NCBI GenBank assembly: GCA_965228735.1
Contig: OZ245838.1
Coordinates: 3,680,001-3,744,000, forward strand
Source: Planctomycetota bacterium
Lineage (GTDB): Bacteria > Planctomycetota > UBA1135 > UBA2386
Direction of reading: 5' to 3'
DNA length: 64,000 nt
How positions within the stretch are numbered: position 1 is the stretch's first letter; each line of letters opens with the position of its first letter. Shown here piece by piece: positions 1 to 9,965 of this stretch. The position numbers were made by a program, and so were the translations under genes. The notes under the pieces are model-generated. The model did not search any database. It was not told where the DNA came from and saw only the letters and a program-made list of their open reading frames with translations.

Positions 1-643
1 ACTTGCCCGCACCCCGACTCGCGAGCTTGGCGCGCACGCCGAGGTGCGGCCGCAGGTTCCACCGCTCGCTGACCTCGAGCACCGTCTCGAGCTCCTCGAA
101 GCGATCGACGACGATGATCGTGTGCAGGCCCATCTTCTGGGCGAGCATCGCGGTCTCGATGTAGCTCTCGTCCTTGTAGCCGTTGCAGATGACGAGGCCG
201 TCCTCGTTGGTCATGTGCGCGAGCACGACGAGCAGCTCGGGCTTGCTGCCGGCCTCGAGCCCGAGGGAGTGCTCGCGCCCGAACTCGACGAGCTCCTCGA
301 CGACGTCGCGCTGCTGGTTGACCTTGATCGGGAACACCGGCCGGTAACGCCCGCGGTACGCGAGGTCCTTGCTCGCCTTCTTGAACGCGCCGGCCAGCGC
401 CTGCACGCGCCGCTGCAGGATGTCGGAGATGCGCAGCAGGACGGGCAGTTCGATGCCGCGACTGCGCAGGTCCTCCACGAGCTCGGGCAGGGAGAACCCC
501 GGCCCCTCGCTGCCCTTGGGCTTGACCCAGAGCTCACCGCGGTCGTTGATCTTGTAGCAATCGCCGCCCCAAGCGCCGAGCTGGTAGAGCTCGTAGCTGT
601 CGCGGACGGTCCACGCGCGGAGTTCGTTCTTGGGGGCGCTCAA
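1..643 (-). CDS. speA: Biosynthetic arginine decarboxylase, N-terminal part (runs off left edge)
   Basis: Manual minus-strand translation from TTG at 643: MSAPKNELRAWTVRDSYELYQLGAWG...LPVLLRISDIL...YRPVFPIKVNQQRDVVEE...GLEAGSKPEL...ICNGYKD. PIKVNQ (PLP lysine), GLEAGSKPEL and CNGYKD are SpeA motifs. Absent from the ORF track because it is partial. Confidence 0.93.
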   Translation of the reverse strand, partial: MSAPKNELRAWTVRDSYELYQLGAWGGDCYKINDRGELWVKPKGSEGPGFSLPELVEDLRSRGIELPVLLRISDILQRRVQALAGAFKKASKDLAYRGRYRPVFPIKVNQQRDVVEELVEFGREHSLGLEAGSKPELLVVLAHMTNEDGLVICNGYKDESYIETAMLAQKMGLHTIIVVDRFEELETVLEVSERWNLRPHLGVRAKLASRGAGK

Positions 644-873
644 TGAATCGAGAGGGGTCGAAGGGGCTCGAAATCGCCAACCGGGATTGAACACTACGAG
701 CGCCGCCCATGGCAGCCGCGGTATCGCGCTTTTTTCGTCGCGGCGCCGGCGCCGCGCCGCAGTCCCCCATCGCGTTGCGGGTCCGGGCAACGGACGCCGG
801 TCGAACCGGCACGCAGGAGGGCGGGGCCGTCCGGCCCTGGCCGTCGCCCACGGCCGCGCGTAACCTCGTCGCC

Positions 874-2118
874 GTGAGCAAGCCCGAGTCAGACCCCAAC
901 AGTCCACTGCACGCCCAGGATCCGGAGATCGCCGGCTGGCTGCAGCGCGAGGATCGCCGCCAGCGCAACACGCTGACGCTCATCGCGTCCGAGAACCACT
1001 GTTCCGCCGCGGTGCGCGAGGCGTGCGGCAGCCGCATCACCGACAAGTACGCGGAGGGCTATCCCAACCGGCGATACTACGCCGGCTGCGAGGTCGCCGA
1101 CGGCATCGAAGAGCTCGCGACGAAGCGCGCCCTCGACCTGTTCGCGGGCGCGGAAGCCGTGAACGTGCAGCCGCACTCCGGCACGACTGCCAACGTGTGC
1201 GCGCTGATCGCGCTTGCCGGCCCCGGCGGCAAGATCGTCGGCATGTCGCTCAAGGCCGGCGGCCACCTGAGCCACGGTCACCACAAGAGTCACACGGGCA
1301 CGATGTTCGACGCCGCGCAGTACGGCGTCGACGACCGGGGGTTGATCGACCTCGACGAGGTCCGCGACGTCGTGAAGCAGCATCGCCCGAAGGTGTTGAT
1401 CGCCGGCGGCAGCGCCTACGCGCGCAAGATCGACTACGGCGCGTTCAAGGAGATCGCGCAGGAACACGACGCCTACCTCCTCGCCGACATCGCGCACCCC
1501 GCCGGTCTGATCGCGGGCGGCGTTCTGCCGAGCCCCGTCGGCATCGCGGACGTCGTGACGATGACGACGCACAAGACGCTGCGCGGCCCGCGCGGCGGCA
1601 TGATTCTCGCGACCAAGGACGTCATCAAGCCGATCAACTCGTCGGTGTTCCCCGGCGGTCAGGGCGGGCCGCTCGTGCAACAGATCGCGGGCAAGGCGGT
1701 CGCGTTCGGCGAAGCGCTGCAGCCCGGCTTCAAGGACTACCAACAGCGCGTGCTCGACAACGCGAAGTACCTCGGCGAGTGCCTCGTCGAACACGGCCTC
1801 GCAGTCGTCACGGGCGGCACCGACAACCACATCGTTCTCGTCGATCTGCGCAATGCGACGATGACGGGCGCGGAGGTCGAGGAGCGCGCGCTCGCGGCCG
1901 GCATCGCGGTCAACAAGAACGCAGTCCCGGGCGACCCGCGCCCCCCGATGGTCACGTCCGGCCTGCGGGTCGGCACGCCGGCCGTCACGACGCGCGGCTT
2001 CGGCCGCGACGAGATCAGGACGGTCGCCGACGTGATCGGCGGACTGGTCCGCGGCGAGGACCCGGAGCGCTTCCGGGACACGGTGCAGGGCCTCTGCGCG
2101 GCCCATCCGCTGCCGTAG
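874..2118 (+). CDS. glyA: Serine hydroxymethyltransferase
   Basis: LIASEN, KYAEGYP, NVQPHSG, GGHLSHG, TTHKTLRGPRGG, GGTDNH, SGLRVGTPA motifs. Start set at in-frame GTG 874 (ORF track begins at 709). Confidence 0.97.
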   Translation: MSKPESDPNSPLHAQDPEIAGWLQREDRRQRNTLTLIASENHCSAAVREACGSRITDKYAEGYPNRRYYAGCEVADGIEELATKRALDLFAGAEAVNVQPHSGTTANVCALIALAGPGGKIVGMSLKAGGHLSHGHHKSHTGTMFDAAQYGVDDRGLIDLDEVRDVVKQHRPKVLIAGGSAYARKIDYGAFKEIAQEHDAYLLADIAHPAGLIAGGVLPSPVGIADVVTMTTHKTLRGPRGGMILATKDVIKPINSSVFPGGQGGPLVQQIAGKAVAFGEALQPGFKDYQQRVLDNAKYLGECLVEHGLAVVTGGTDNHIVLVDLRNATMTGAEVEERALAAGIAVNKNAVPGDPRPPMVTSGLRVGTPAVTTRGFGRDEIRTVADVIGGLVRGEDPERFRDTVQGLCAAHPLP

Positions 2119-2201
2119 AGCCAGCCGAACACCCGACTTCGGGGAGGGGCAGTTTTCTCGAACCCTCCGGGCCCGGCCCGGAGATCGTTCGAGTGACCCC
2201 G

Positions 2202-2714
2202 ATGACCTCCCTCCACGACCCGCGATCGTTCTCGATCACCGCCACGCAGCGCGCGGCACTCGTGCGCTACGTGCAGGTGCTCGGCGCCGATGCGACGGAC
2301 GCCGAGGATCTCGTGCAGGAGGCGTGCCTCGTCGCACTGCGACGAACGGACTTCGACGCGAGCTCCGGCGCCGGTGTGTTCGTGTTCTTGCGGACGACGG
2401 CGCGGCAGCTGTGGTTGCGGTCGTTGAAACGCCGCGTGAGCGAACGGGACGTCGAGGAAGCGGACGCGGTCTGGGATGCGCGCTGCGCGGACGGCACTGG
2501 CGACGACTACGTCGACGCCCTGCGCCTCTGCGTCGCCTCGCTGCCCGCGAAGAGCCGCGATCTGTTGACCGCGACCTACGCGGATGGCGACGGCCGACGC
2601 GCGGCTGGTGAACGTCTCGGTTTGCGGACCGACGGGGTCAAGACGGCGCTGCGACGGCTGCGGCGCTTCCTCCACGACTGCATTCGGCGACGCACCGAGG
2701 AGAGTTCGCGATGA
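2202..2714 (+). CDS. ECF RNA polymerase sigma factor
   Basis: C-terminal part of ORF 1023..2714: DAEDLVQEA (region 2) and LRLCVASLP...GVKTALRRLR (region 4). ATGA overlap with the next gene. Confidence 0.88.
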   Translation: MTSLHDPRSFSITATQRAALVRYVQVLGADATDAEDLVQEACLVALRRTDFDASSGAGVFVFLRTTARQLWLRSLKRRVSERDVEEADAVWDARCADGTGDDYVDALRLCVASLPAKSRDLLTATYADGDGRRAAGERLGLRTDGVKTALRRLRRFLHDCIRRRTEESSR

Positions 2715-4258
2715 CGACCACGACCGAAGAGAACCAACGGCACCCGGCGGAAGAACGGCTGCTCGACGTCGCGCTCATCGAGGTGCTGCGCGATCAACCA
2801 ACTGCATCGACACCATCCGTGCTCGACCTCGAAGACCGGCGACCCCGGCGCTTCGGGCCGCTCGCGGTGGCAGCCGCGCTGCTCGGCCTCGGGGTGACGA
2901 CGGCGCTCTGGTGGAACGCGCAGCACGGCCACGAACAGCGAGACCCTGATTCGGCCGCGGGATCGACCGCGCCGGCGCCGGCCACGCCGCAACCAGACCT
3001 GCCGCAGGGCCCGCAGGGCCTGCCGACGTTGCCGCCCCCCCAGGCCGTCGCGGGCCGCAGCGCGCTCGCGGACCTGCCCCCCGATGCGCTCAACCTCGAG
3101 GTCGAGCTGCTGCGGGCCGACGAGGTCGCGGGCCTGTCGCGCTTCGTCGCGCTTCACCGGCTCGGGCTGCGCGCGCTGCGGCCGACGGTCGCCGGAGCAC
3201 GACTGCGGCACAAGCACCAGAGCTGGGCCAAGGCCGACGACGACTGCCTCGCGCCGCTCGGGCAACTGCCGTCGCTGATGATCCTGCGGCTGCCATCCGA
3301 ACTCGCGCTCCGCCCGGCGCAGCTCGCGCCGCTCGCGCAGTGCAAGATGCTCCGCCGACTCGAGCTCAGCGGGGAGAACGTCGCGTTGACCGACGCGTTC
3401 GTCGCGGCCCTCGACGACATCGAACAGCTCATGAGCCTGCGCCTCGTCAACGTCGGTGTCGACGCCGACGCCCTCGCGCGACTCGGAGCTCTCGACCTGC
3501 AGGAACTCGAGCTCGTCGATTGCGACGGCGTCGACGCAGCCGCCTGGCAATCCGTTCTCGGACTGCGATCCCTGCGGCGCCTCGGACTCGACGGCATCGG
3601 CCGCGCGAAGCTCGGCGCACCGGCCAGTGCGCCGGCACCGTGGCGTATCGGAGCCGCCGAGTTCCGCGGGCTGAGCGCGCTGCCGAAGCTCCGTGACCTG
3701 GGCCTGCGCCTGCCGATCACGGCCGAGGAGCTCGCCGCGCTGCCGGCCAACCTCACCAAGCTGCAGCTCGCGTCGCACGAACTGCCGGGCGCCGACTTCG
3801 CAGGCCTGCGCCGCCTCTCCCACCTGCAGCACCTCGACATCAGCCTGCCCCGCTACAACATCCGGTTCGCGCCACGCGACTCGACCGCGCAGATTCTCGC
3901 GGCCGGCGACGCGCTGGCCGGAGCGCTCGGCGGGATGAAGCTGCGGTCGCTGAAGCTGTTCGGCGAGGTCTCTCCCGATCTGCTCGATGCGATCGGCGAG
4001 CAGCCCAGACTCGGCTACCTGCGGCTCGTGAGTCAGTCCCTGCCGGCGTTCGACGGCTTCACGAAGGCCGCACGACTCAGCCACATCGAACTCTACGAGA
4101 TCCGCGCCCCGTCATCGCTCACGGTGGATCTCATGAAACCGCTCGGGAAACTGCCGGCGCTGCGCCTCCTCGAGCTGACGACGTTCGCCGACATCGATCA
4201 GCAGGAACTGCAAACGGCGCTCGGCAAGCGCGTCCGCGTGCAGGTGAAGACGCAGTGA
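2711..4258 (+). CDS. Single-pass membrane protein with C-terminal leucine-rich repeats; putative anti-sigma factor
   Basis: Short N-terminal cytoplasmic part, TM (LAVAAALLGLGVTTALWW), Pro-rich linker, then many LxxLxL repeats (LRRLELSG, LQELELVDC, LRDLGL, LQHLDIS). Coupled to the ECF gene. Confidence 0.7.
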   Translation: MTTTTEENQRHPAEERLLDVALIEVLRDQPTASTPSVLDLEDRRPRRFGPLAVAAALLGLGVTTALWWNAQHGHEQRDPDSAAGSTAPAPATPQPDLPQGPQGLPTLPPPQAVAGRSALADLPPDALNLEVELLRADEVAGLSRFVALHRLGLRALRPTVAGARLRHKHQSWAKADDDCLAPLGQLPSLMILRLPSELALRPAQLAPLAQCKMLRRLELSGENVALTDAFVAALDDIEQLMSLRLVNVGVDADALARLGALDLQELELVDCDGVDAAAWQSVLGLRSLRRLGLDGIGRAKLGAPASAPAPWRIGAAEFRGLSALPKLRDLGLRLPITAEELAALPANLTKLQLASHELPGADFAGLRRLSHLQHLDISLPRYNIRFAPRDSTAQILAAGDALAGALGGMKLRSLKLFGEVSPDLLDAIGEQPRLGYLRLVSQSLPAFDGFTKAARLSHIELYEIRAPSSLTVDLMKPLGKLPALRLLELTTFADIDQQELQTALGKRVRVQVKTQ

Positions 4259-4267
4259 ACACGGCCG

Positions 4268-6448
4268 TCACGGCCGCCGGATCACGAACCAGCGGAAGCC
4301 GTTCGCCGGCACCTGGACGGTCAGTCGCGCGCGTGAACGGCGATCGAGCCCAAGGACGATGCTCTGGCCCTGGTCGTCTCGCACCGCCGCGGCGTCGACC
4401 AGCCCCGTGTAATAGAGGTCGAGATCGAGCGCGCGCTCGATCGCGCGCGCGGTCGGATTGAACACGACGAGCATGCCGTGATCGTTGCCCTCCGGCTGCG
4501 CGTTGGCGTGCAGCACCCAGTCGAGGTCGCGCCCGTCCGCGCGCCGCGAACTGCCGTGGATCACGTCGCTCTCGAGGATCTCCCGGTGAGCCTTGTACCA
4601 CTCTACCCACTTCCGCACGACGGCCTTCGTCGCGTCCGTGTCGTAGAGCCGCGGACCGCGGTAGCACGCCTGCGCGCCGTAGGCGAGGTTGCTCACGATC
4701 ATCCGTTCGTAGTGCCCGAGGTGCTCGACGAGCGGCTCGACGGTCGCCGCCGCGCCGCCGCCGTGGTACTGCGTGAGCGGCACGAACATCCAGCCCATCG
4801 ACGGGTTCTTGCCACGCGTGCCGTCGAACAGGTTCTGCCGCGTGTGCAGGACCTGCTGCGCGCGCGGCAGCGACCAGTTGGTCTCGCGGTAGCCCATGCC
4901 GGTCTTGTTGCTGCCCTGCAGGAAGTACCAGTCCGGCACGTTGAGGTAGATGCCGCGACCCCGACACCAGCGGTAGAAGTCGCGGATGATCCCGAACTGC
5001 ACCCAGCGCGAGTCCTCGTAGCCACGCTGCAGTGGCGGCCGTGCGGCCGCGTCGTGATCGCCGGGGTAGCTGCCGTCGTGCTCGAGCAGGTCGAAGCCCG
5101 AGTGCTCGTAGAAGCGGTAGAGCTTCCGGAAGTACTCCTGCCCCCACGCGCTCGCGAGCGCGGGCGCGTGCCCGAAGACCTGGCCGCCGGGCTTGCCGGT
5201 CTCGACGTTGATGCAGTTGTCGCCGTCGGGCTCGATCCGCCGGCTCGAGAGCAGCGAGTAGCCGCCGAGCTCGATCCCACGCTCGTGCGCGTAATCGGCC
5301 ACGCTGCGCCAGCGATCGAGGTTCGTCGGACTGTCGTCCTCGATGTCGAACCCGCTGCCGAACGTCAGGATCGCCATCTCGAAGCCGACCTCGACGCACT
5401 GATCGATCGCCGCCTTGACGCGTTCCGGATCGGCGCTGCGCACGTGCATCATCAGCGGGTTCTCCGTGCTCCACGGCGCCAGGATGCGATACATCCGCCG
5501 CTGCGCGAGCGTCTGGCGCTCACGGTCGTCGCGGTCGGGCGCGAGCACCCACGTCCGGAACGTCGAGAACCGACCGCCGGGCGGCACGACCTGCGCGGGC
5601 CCGACGTCGGGCGCGACCTCGAGCGTGCACAGGGTCTCCTTCCGGTAGTTCACCTGCGTGTGGAACTCCTCGTCCTCGAGCCAGCGCACGCAGTGCGAGC
5701 TGCCATCCGCGCCGGTCATCGCGCGGAACGCGTAGTCCGTCTCGACGTAGACGTTCGGCAGCCGGATTCCGAGCCGCTGCGGTTCGACGCGCGACTCGGC
5801 CTCGACGAGCGGCAGCCGCAACGACGCGAACGAGTCGATCGTCAGCGCGGCGTCACCGCCGTTCTCGAACTCGAGCCAGTGCCCGAGCAGCGGGATGCCG
5901 TCGTAGAGCTCGAGGTTGACCGTCACGACGACGCCGGCGAGTCGCGCGGCGGGGCTCGCGCACCGCAGCCGAACGTGCACCCCGCGCGGCGGCCACACGG
6001 CGTCCGGCGCATGGTGACGGCCGCGGTGCCAGGCCATCCGCGGAGTGATCGGCGACGTCGCCACGCCGTAGACCTGGAACGCGCCCGCCGGCGCCGTCAT
6101 CGCGCGCAACCAGTCACGCTGCAGGAACGCGCGGTTGGGTTGCCCCTCGAGGCCACCGACGAGCACTTCCTCGCCGTCGATCACGAACGCACCGAGCGAT
6201 GACGCGGCACGCAGCAGCTGGCAGGCAGCCGAGCGCTGTTCGAGCCCGACGAGCGCGAGCCGGTCCATCGTGAGCTCGACCCGCAGCAGGCCGTTGTCGA
6301 GCGTCATAGCGCCCGTGCGGGGGTCGCGGTCGACCTCGGCGACGTAGGGCGACGGATCGAGCAACCAATCGGGCGGGGCCGGCGCCGCATCGACCTGGCT
6401 CGGAAGTCCGCCCACGAGCAGGGCGACCGCGAGAGCGATCCGCATCAT
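4268..6448 (-). CDS. Secreted glycoside hydrolase, alpha-galactosidase-like (TIM barrel)
   Basis: Signal peptide MMRIALAVALLVGGLPSQ, with motifs APWSTENPLMMH, GFEMAILTFGSGF, DLLEHDGSYPGD and YRETNWSLPR. Family assignment from memory only. Confidence 0.6.
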   Translation of the reverse strand: MMRIALAVALLVGGLPSQVDAAPAPPDWLLDPSPYVAEVDRDPRTGAMTLDNGLLRVELTMDRLALVGLEQRSAACQLLRAASSLGAFVIDGEEVLVGGLEGQPNRAFLQRDWLRAMTAPAGAFQVYGVATSPITPRMAWHRGRHHAPDAVWPPRGVHVRLRCASPAARLAGVVVTVNLELYDGIPLLGHWLEFENGGDAALTIDSFASLRLPLVEAESRVEPQRLGIRLPNVYVETDYAFRAMTGADGSSHCVRWLEDEEFHTQVNYRKETLCTLEVAPDVGPAQVVPPGGRFSTFRTWVLAPDRDDRERQTLAQRRMYRILAPWSTENPLMMHVRSADPERVKAAIDQCVEVGFEMAILTFGSGFDIEDDSPTNLDRWRSVADYAHERGIELGGYSLLSSRRIEPDGDNCINVETGKPGGQVFGHAPALASAWGQEYFRKLYRFYEHSGFDLLEHDGSYPGDHDAAARPPLQRGYEDSRWVQFGIIRDFYRWCRGRGIYLNVPDWYFLQGSNKTGMGYRETNWSLPRAQQVLHTRQNLFDGTRGKNPSMGWMFVPLTQYHGGGAAATVEPLVEHLGHYERMIVSNLAYGAQACYRGPRLYDTDATKAVVRKWVEWYKAHREILESDVIHGSSRRADGRDLDWVLHANAQPEGNDHGMLVVFNPTARAIERALDLDLYYTGLVDAAAVRDDQGQSIVLGLDRRSRARLTVQVPANGFRWFVIRRP

Positions 6449-6906
6449 TCCTGCACGGTCCGAAGTGCGGCGCGCACGCCCTCGACGCGCGCCTCGAACA
6501 CGTCGTGGCGCGCGGCGAACTCGACGACGCGGACATCGCCGTCGTCGGCCCACACCGCGATGAGATAGCCGACCCGATCGCCGTCGACGTTGGCCGCGCA
6601 GTGGAACCACGCGCCCTCGTCACCGTCGGCGTTCCTCACCACGCCGGTATCGACGAGGTCGTAGCCGCGCTGCTGCACGAACTCGTGCTGCAGCGCCTCG
6701 ACCCAGAACTTCTGATCCGCCTCGTTCTCGTCGTGGAAGAGCCGCACCCACACGCGCGCATCGTCGCCCGTGACCGCGCGGTAGTCGTGACCGGTGTCGT
6801 GGCCGGCCAGCGTGACGAAGTCGCGATCGAGCGTGATCGGCACCGCGCAACCGGCGGCGAGCAGCGTGATCGCGAGAATGCACGCAAGAGCAAGGACGCG
6901 CGGCAT
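6445..6906 (-). CDS. Hypothetical lipoprotein
   Basis: MPRVLALACILAITLLAAGC lipobox. Overlaps both neighbours (TGATG at 6906, ATGA at 6445-6448). Confidence 0.7.
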   Translation of the reverse strand: MPRVLALACILAITLLAAGCAVPITLDRDFVTLAGHDTGHDYRAVTGDDARVWVRLFHDENEADQKFWVEALQHEFVQQRGYDLVDTGVVRNADGDEGAWFHCAANVDGDRVGYLIAVWADDGDVRVVEFAARHDVFEARVEGVRAALRTVQE

Positions 6907-7745
6907 CAGAAGTCCTCCATCACGCGCTCGGCGCCGATCAGGTTGACCCAGCGAAAGCGACTCGCGCGGCGGCGGCGGCGATCCGGTGGCGGCTCGGCCA
7001 CGGCCTGGAAGCCGGCGACCAGCGTCGCGAGCGTGACCTGGTCGGCGAGATACCGCCGCCGGCCCTCCATCGTCTCGATCTCGTCGGTGAGGCGGCGCAG
7101 CTCCTTCTCGATCATGAGGATGTCGTCGACCTTCTCCGCGGCTTCGAGGAGCGCGAGCAGTCGCTCGCGCGACTTGGTCGCGTTGTTCAGCCGGATCTCC
7201 AGGTCGCGGTACTCCTCGGTCACGTCCTGCGCCGTTCGCTGCTCGGTGATGACGCGGCCGGCATTCCGCACGCCGTCGAACGCGGCATCGAAGTGCTCGG
7301 CCGGGACGCGCACCGTGAGACGATTGCCGACCTGACTCTGCATGTGGCCGCCCCATTCGGCGACCCGGGCGAGGAGTTCTGCCATGGCCGCCTCGGGGCT
7401 CGCGACCTCGACCGTGATCGCACCGGAGTAGATGAGCTTGCGCCCGTTCGCCGGGCGCTGCGGGGTCTCGAAGTCCGGCAACCGCAGATCGGGACCCGGC
7501 GGCGACGCCGTGACGGCTCGGCTCCAGGCGCCACTGTCGAACGCGGACTCCCGACTGTCGACGTTGCTCTGGAGACCGTTCGTGACGTCATCGAGCACCG
7601 CCACCGACCCCGCGGCGTCGGCACCCCATGCCGTGCCGACGACGCCGGCCTTCGGACTCGCCGGCGCGAAGTAGGCCGTGTCGGCGCAGCTGCAGAGGAC
7701 CAGCGAGAGCAGCAGGAAGAGCACCGACTCGAGGAGGCATCCCAT
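6906..7745 (-). CDS. DUF4349-domain lipoprotein
   Basis: RKLIYSGAITVEV, LTVRVPAEHFD, QDVTEEYRDLEIRL and ELRRLTDEIE coiled coil are typical of DUF4349; N-terminal hydrophobic stretch plus Cys. Confidence 0.8.
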   Translation of the reverse strand: MGCLLESVLFLLLSLVLCSCADTAYFAPASPKAGVVGTAWGADAAGSVAVLDDVTNGLQSNVDSRESAFDSGAWSRAVTASPPGPDLRLPDFETPQRPANGRKLIYSGAITVEVASPEAAMAELLARVAEWGGHMQSQVGNRLTVRVPAEHFDAAFDGVRNAGRVITEQRTAQDVTEEYRDLEIRLNNATKSRERLLALLEAAEKVDDILMIEKELRRLTDEIETMEGRRRYLADQVTLATLVAGFQAVAEPPPDRRRRRASRFRWVNLIGAERVMEDF

Positions 7746-7783
7746 CGCGCCGTTCTACCACGGCAGCGTATGATCGCCACCGC

Positions 7784-9802
7784 ATGACCCTCGCCGCCTC
7801 GCTGACGTTGTTCCTGACCGTGCTGCCGCAGGACGCTCCCGCCTCGCCCGCTGCACCGACCGACGCGGCCCACGCGCAGAACGACGCGCAGGACCCGGCC
7901 CCGATCGCGTGGCAGCGCACGCTCGCCGACGCCCTCGCGGTGCAGAAGCGCACCGGCTTGCCGCTCTTGATCGCGGTGAACTCGCGGGGCGAAGTGTTCA
8001 ACGACCGGTTTCGGAACCGCACCTACAAGAGCCGCGAGTTCATCGAGCTGACGCGCGGCTATGTGTGCGTCATCGCCTCGCCGGACCGCTACACGGCGGC
8101 CGACTACGACTCGTTCGGCAACCGCATCGAGAGCCCGGAGTTTCCGGGGTGCACGGACGGGGAACACATCGCGATCGAACCCGAACTGTTCCGCCGCTAC
8201 TTCAACGGCAACCGCACCGCGCCACGCCACATCGGTGTGAGCCCGGACGGGAAGATCCTGTTCGATCGATTCCTCGATCGCAGCATGCAGACCGCGATCG
8301 ACGCGATCGCCGAGAACCGCGGCACCCCGGACGACGCGGCGCTCCCGACCACTGTCGAAGGGCTGCTGCAACGCCGCGACGCGGCGGCGCGGCGGCGGCT
8401 CGAGGCGATGTATCGCGAATCGCGCGACCCGGCGATCCTGCAGGCCGCCGGCAACGCCGACACCGAGCCGTTCGACCTGCTGCGGCTGGCGCTGCACAGC
8501 GGCAACGAGAGTGAGTTCGAACGCGGCTGTGACGCGCTCGCGAAGACCGCGACCGCCGCCGCTCTCCCCGATCTCGAGAACGCCCTCGCCCGATCGCCCG
8601 ATTCGAAGGCACTGCGCGCCGCGCTCGAACGCGTGGCCGCGGACGACGAGCGCGCGGCGCGCTTCCTGGCGCATCTCCGGCCGGACCCGAGCACCCTGTC
8701 ACCTCCGTGGGCCGGGCAGTGGCGCGAGCCGAGCTACGAGATCTGGCAACGACCGGCGATCGAGAGCGAGCTCGACGCGTGCGAAGCCGCGGTGCGCGAG
8801 CGGCCGGAGGACGCGGCCGCGCGCCTGCGGCTCGCGATCGCGCAGCTCGCGTTCAGCAAGCACCTGATCGCGACCGGCGGCACGGGCGTCGAGTTCTGGC
8901 TCGAGGACGCGCGCACTACGGCCGGCCACGTGCAGGCTGCGGAGCTCGCGCCGGCCGCGAACGCGGTGATCGCGGTCGCGTCGTGGCTGCGCAGCGACAA
9001 CGAGCGGGCGCGCGAAGCGACCGCGCAGGCGCTCGCCGCGCGCGGCGGAGAGACGCCCGACGCGTGGCTCGCGACCCGCCTGCTCGAGGTCGCGATCCAG
9101 CTCGACACCCAGGCGGCCTACGCGCGCGCGATCGATCCGAAGGTGATCCTGCAGCCCGAGGTCGCGCGCGTGCGCGCGATGCTCGACCGCGTCGAACAGG
9201 GCCGCTGGATCGAGAGCCCGCCGCTGCTGACCGGCATCGGCCTGCTCGAATACGTCGGCGACCGGGCCACGGCCCGCCGCCTGCTCGACGCGGCGGTACG
9301 GCGCTTCCCGGCGGAGAACACGGTGCACGAACGCTGGCGCGCCCGCACCCTCGCCGACCTCGGCGCGGACGCGATGCGGCAACGGGCCGGCGCGCTCGTC
9401 GACGCGGCGGCCGACAAGGCCACGGCGCTCTGGTTCGCGGGCTACGCCGCGATCGTCGCGGCCGAGCAGCATGTCCGGGACGAACGGCACGAGCCCGCCA
9501 CGGCTGCCTACACCGACTCGATCGCGCGGTTCCTCGCGAGCGTGGAGCAACGCCCCGACTACCAAGACTCCGGCCATCACTTCGCCGTTCTCGCGCTCGC
9601 CGGCCGCGCCGCGCTCCGGGCCGCCGCGGATGACAACGAGCAGGCCGTCGCCGACCTGCAGCGCGCGAGCGAACTGCGCAGCCAGAGCTTCGAGAACAAG
9701 GACGGCCTCGGCCGATCGCCGCGCCAGATCGCGAACGACCTGCGCGACGCTCTCGAAACCGCGGGCCAGACCGACCTCGCCGCCGCGATCCCGCGCCACT
9801 GA
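7784..9802 (+). CDS. Secreted protein with N-terminal thioredoxin-like fold and helical (HEAT/TPR-like) repeats
   Basis: Signal peptide; IAWQRTLADALAVQKRTGLPLLIAVN resembles the start of thioredoxin-like domains but has no CxxC; Ala-rich helical repeats follow. Confidence 0.55.
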   Translation: MTLAASLTLFLTVLPQDAPASPAAPTDAAHAQNDAQDPAPIAWQRTLADALAVQKRTGLPLLIAVNSRGEVFNDRFRNRTYKSREFIELTRGYVCVIASPDRYTAADYDSFGNRIESPEFPGCTDGEHIAIEPELFRRYFNGNRTAPRHIGVSPDGKILFDRFLDRSMQTAIDAIAENRGTPDDAALPTTVEGLLQRRDAAARRRLEAMYRESRDPAILQAAGNADTEPFDLLRLALHSGNESEFERGCDALAKTATAAALPDLENALARSPDSKALRAALERVAADDERAARFLAHLRPDPSTLSPPWAGQWREPSYEIWQRPAIESELDACEAAVRERPEDAAARLRLAIAQLAFSKHLIATGGTGVEFWLEDARTTAGHVQAAELAPAANAVIAVASWLRSDNERAREATAQALAARGGETPDAWLATRLLEVAIQLDTQAAYARAIDPKVILQPEVARVRAMLDRVEQGRWIESPPLLTGIGLLEYVGDRATARRLLDAAVRRFPAENTVHERWRARTLADLGADAMRQRAGALVDAAADKATALWFAGYAAIVAAEQHVRDERHEPATAAYTDSIARFLASVEQRPDYQDSGHHFAVLALAGRAALRAAADDNEQAVADLQRASELRSQSFENKDGLGRSPRQIANDLRDALETAGQTDLAAAIPRH

Positions 9803-9808
9803 CGGCAG

Positions 9809-9927
9809 GCTGGCGGTACCGAACCCGCTTCGAATCCGCCACTCACCCACCGCCACAACCCCAGCCCGGCGCGGGCACTGCGGCCCGCGGCCGGTGGCGG
9901 ATCGGAAACGGGTTCCGTATCGCCAGC
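9809..9927. repeat. Palindromic element copy 1 (REP/MITE-like, ~34-bp inverted arms)
   Basis: Left arm gctggcggtaccgaacccgcttcgaatccgccac (9809-9842) and right arm gtggcggatcggaaacgggttccgtatcgccagc (9894-9927) are imperfect reverse complements. The same arms recur at 61363-61483. Confidence 0.85.
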
Positions 9928-9965
9928 TCTTGGGGTTGCATCGTCCTATATTTTAGTTTCTACTG

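Noticed and set aside
44..646. 200-aa plus-strand ORF
   Set aside because: Shadow of the partial speA on the minus strand.
9809..9927. tRNA or tRNA-Sec, suggested by the TTCGAATCC T-loop-like motif
   Set aside because: No cloverleaf; the motif is part of a long inverted-repeat arm.
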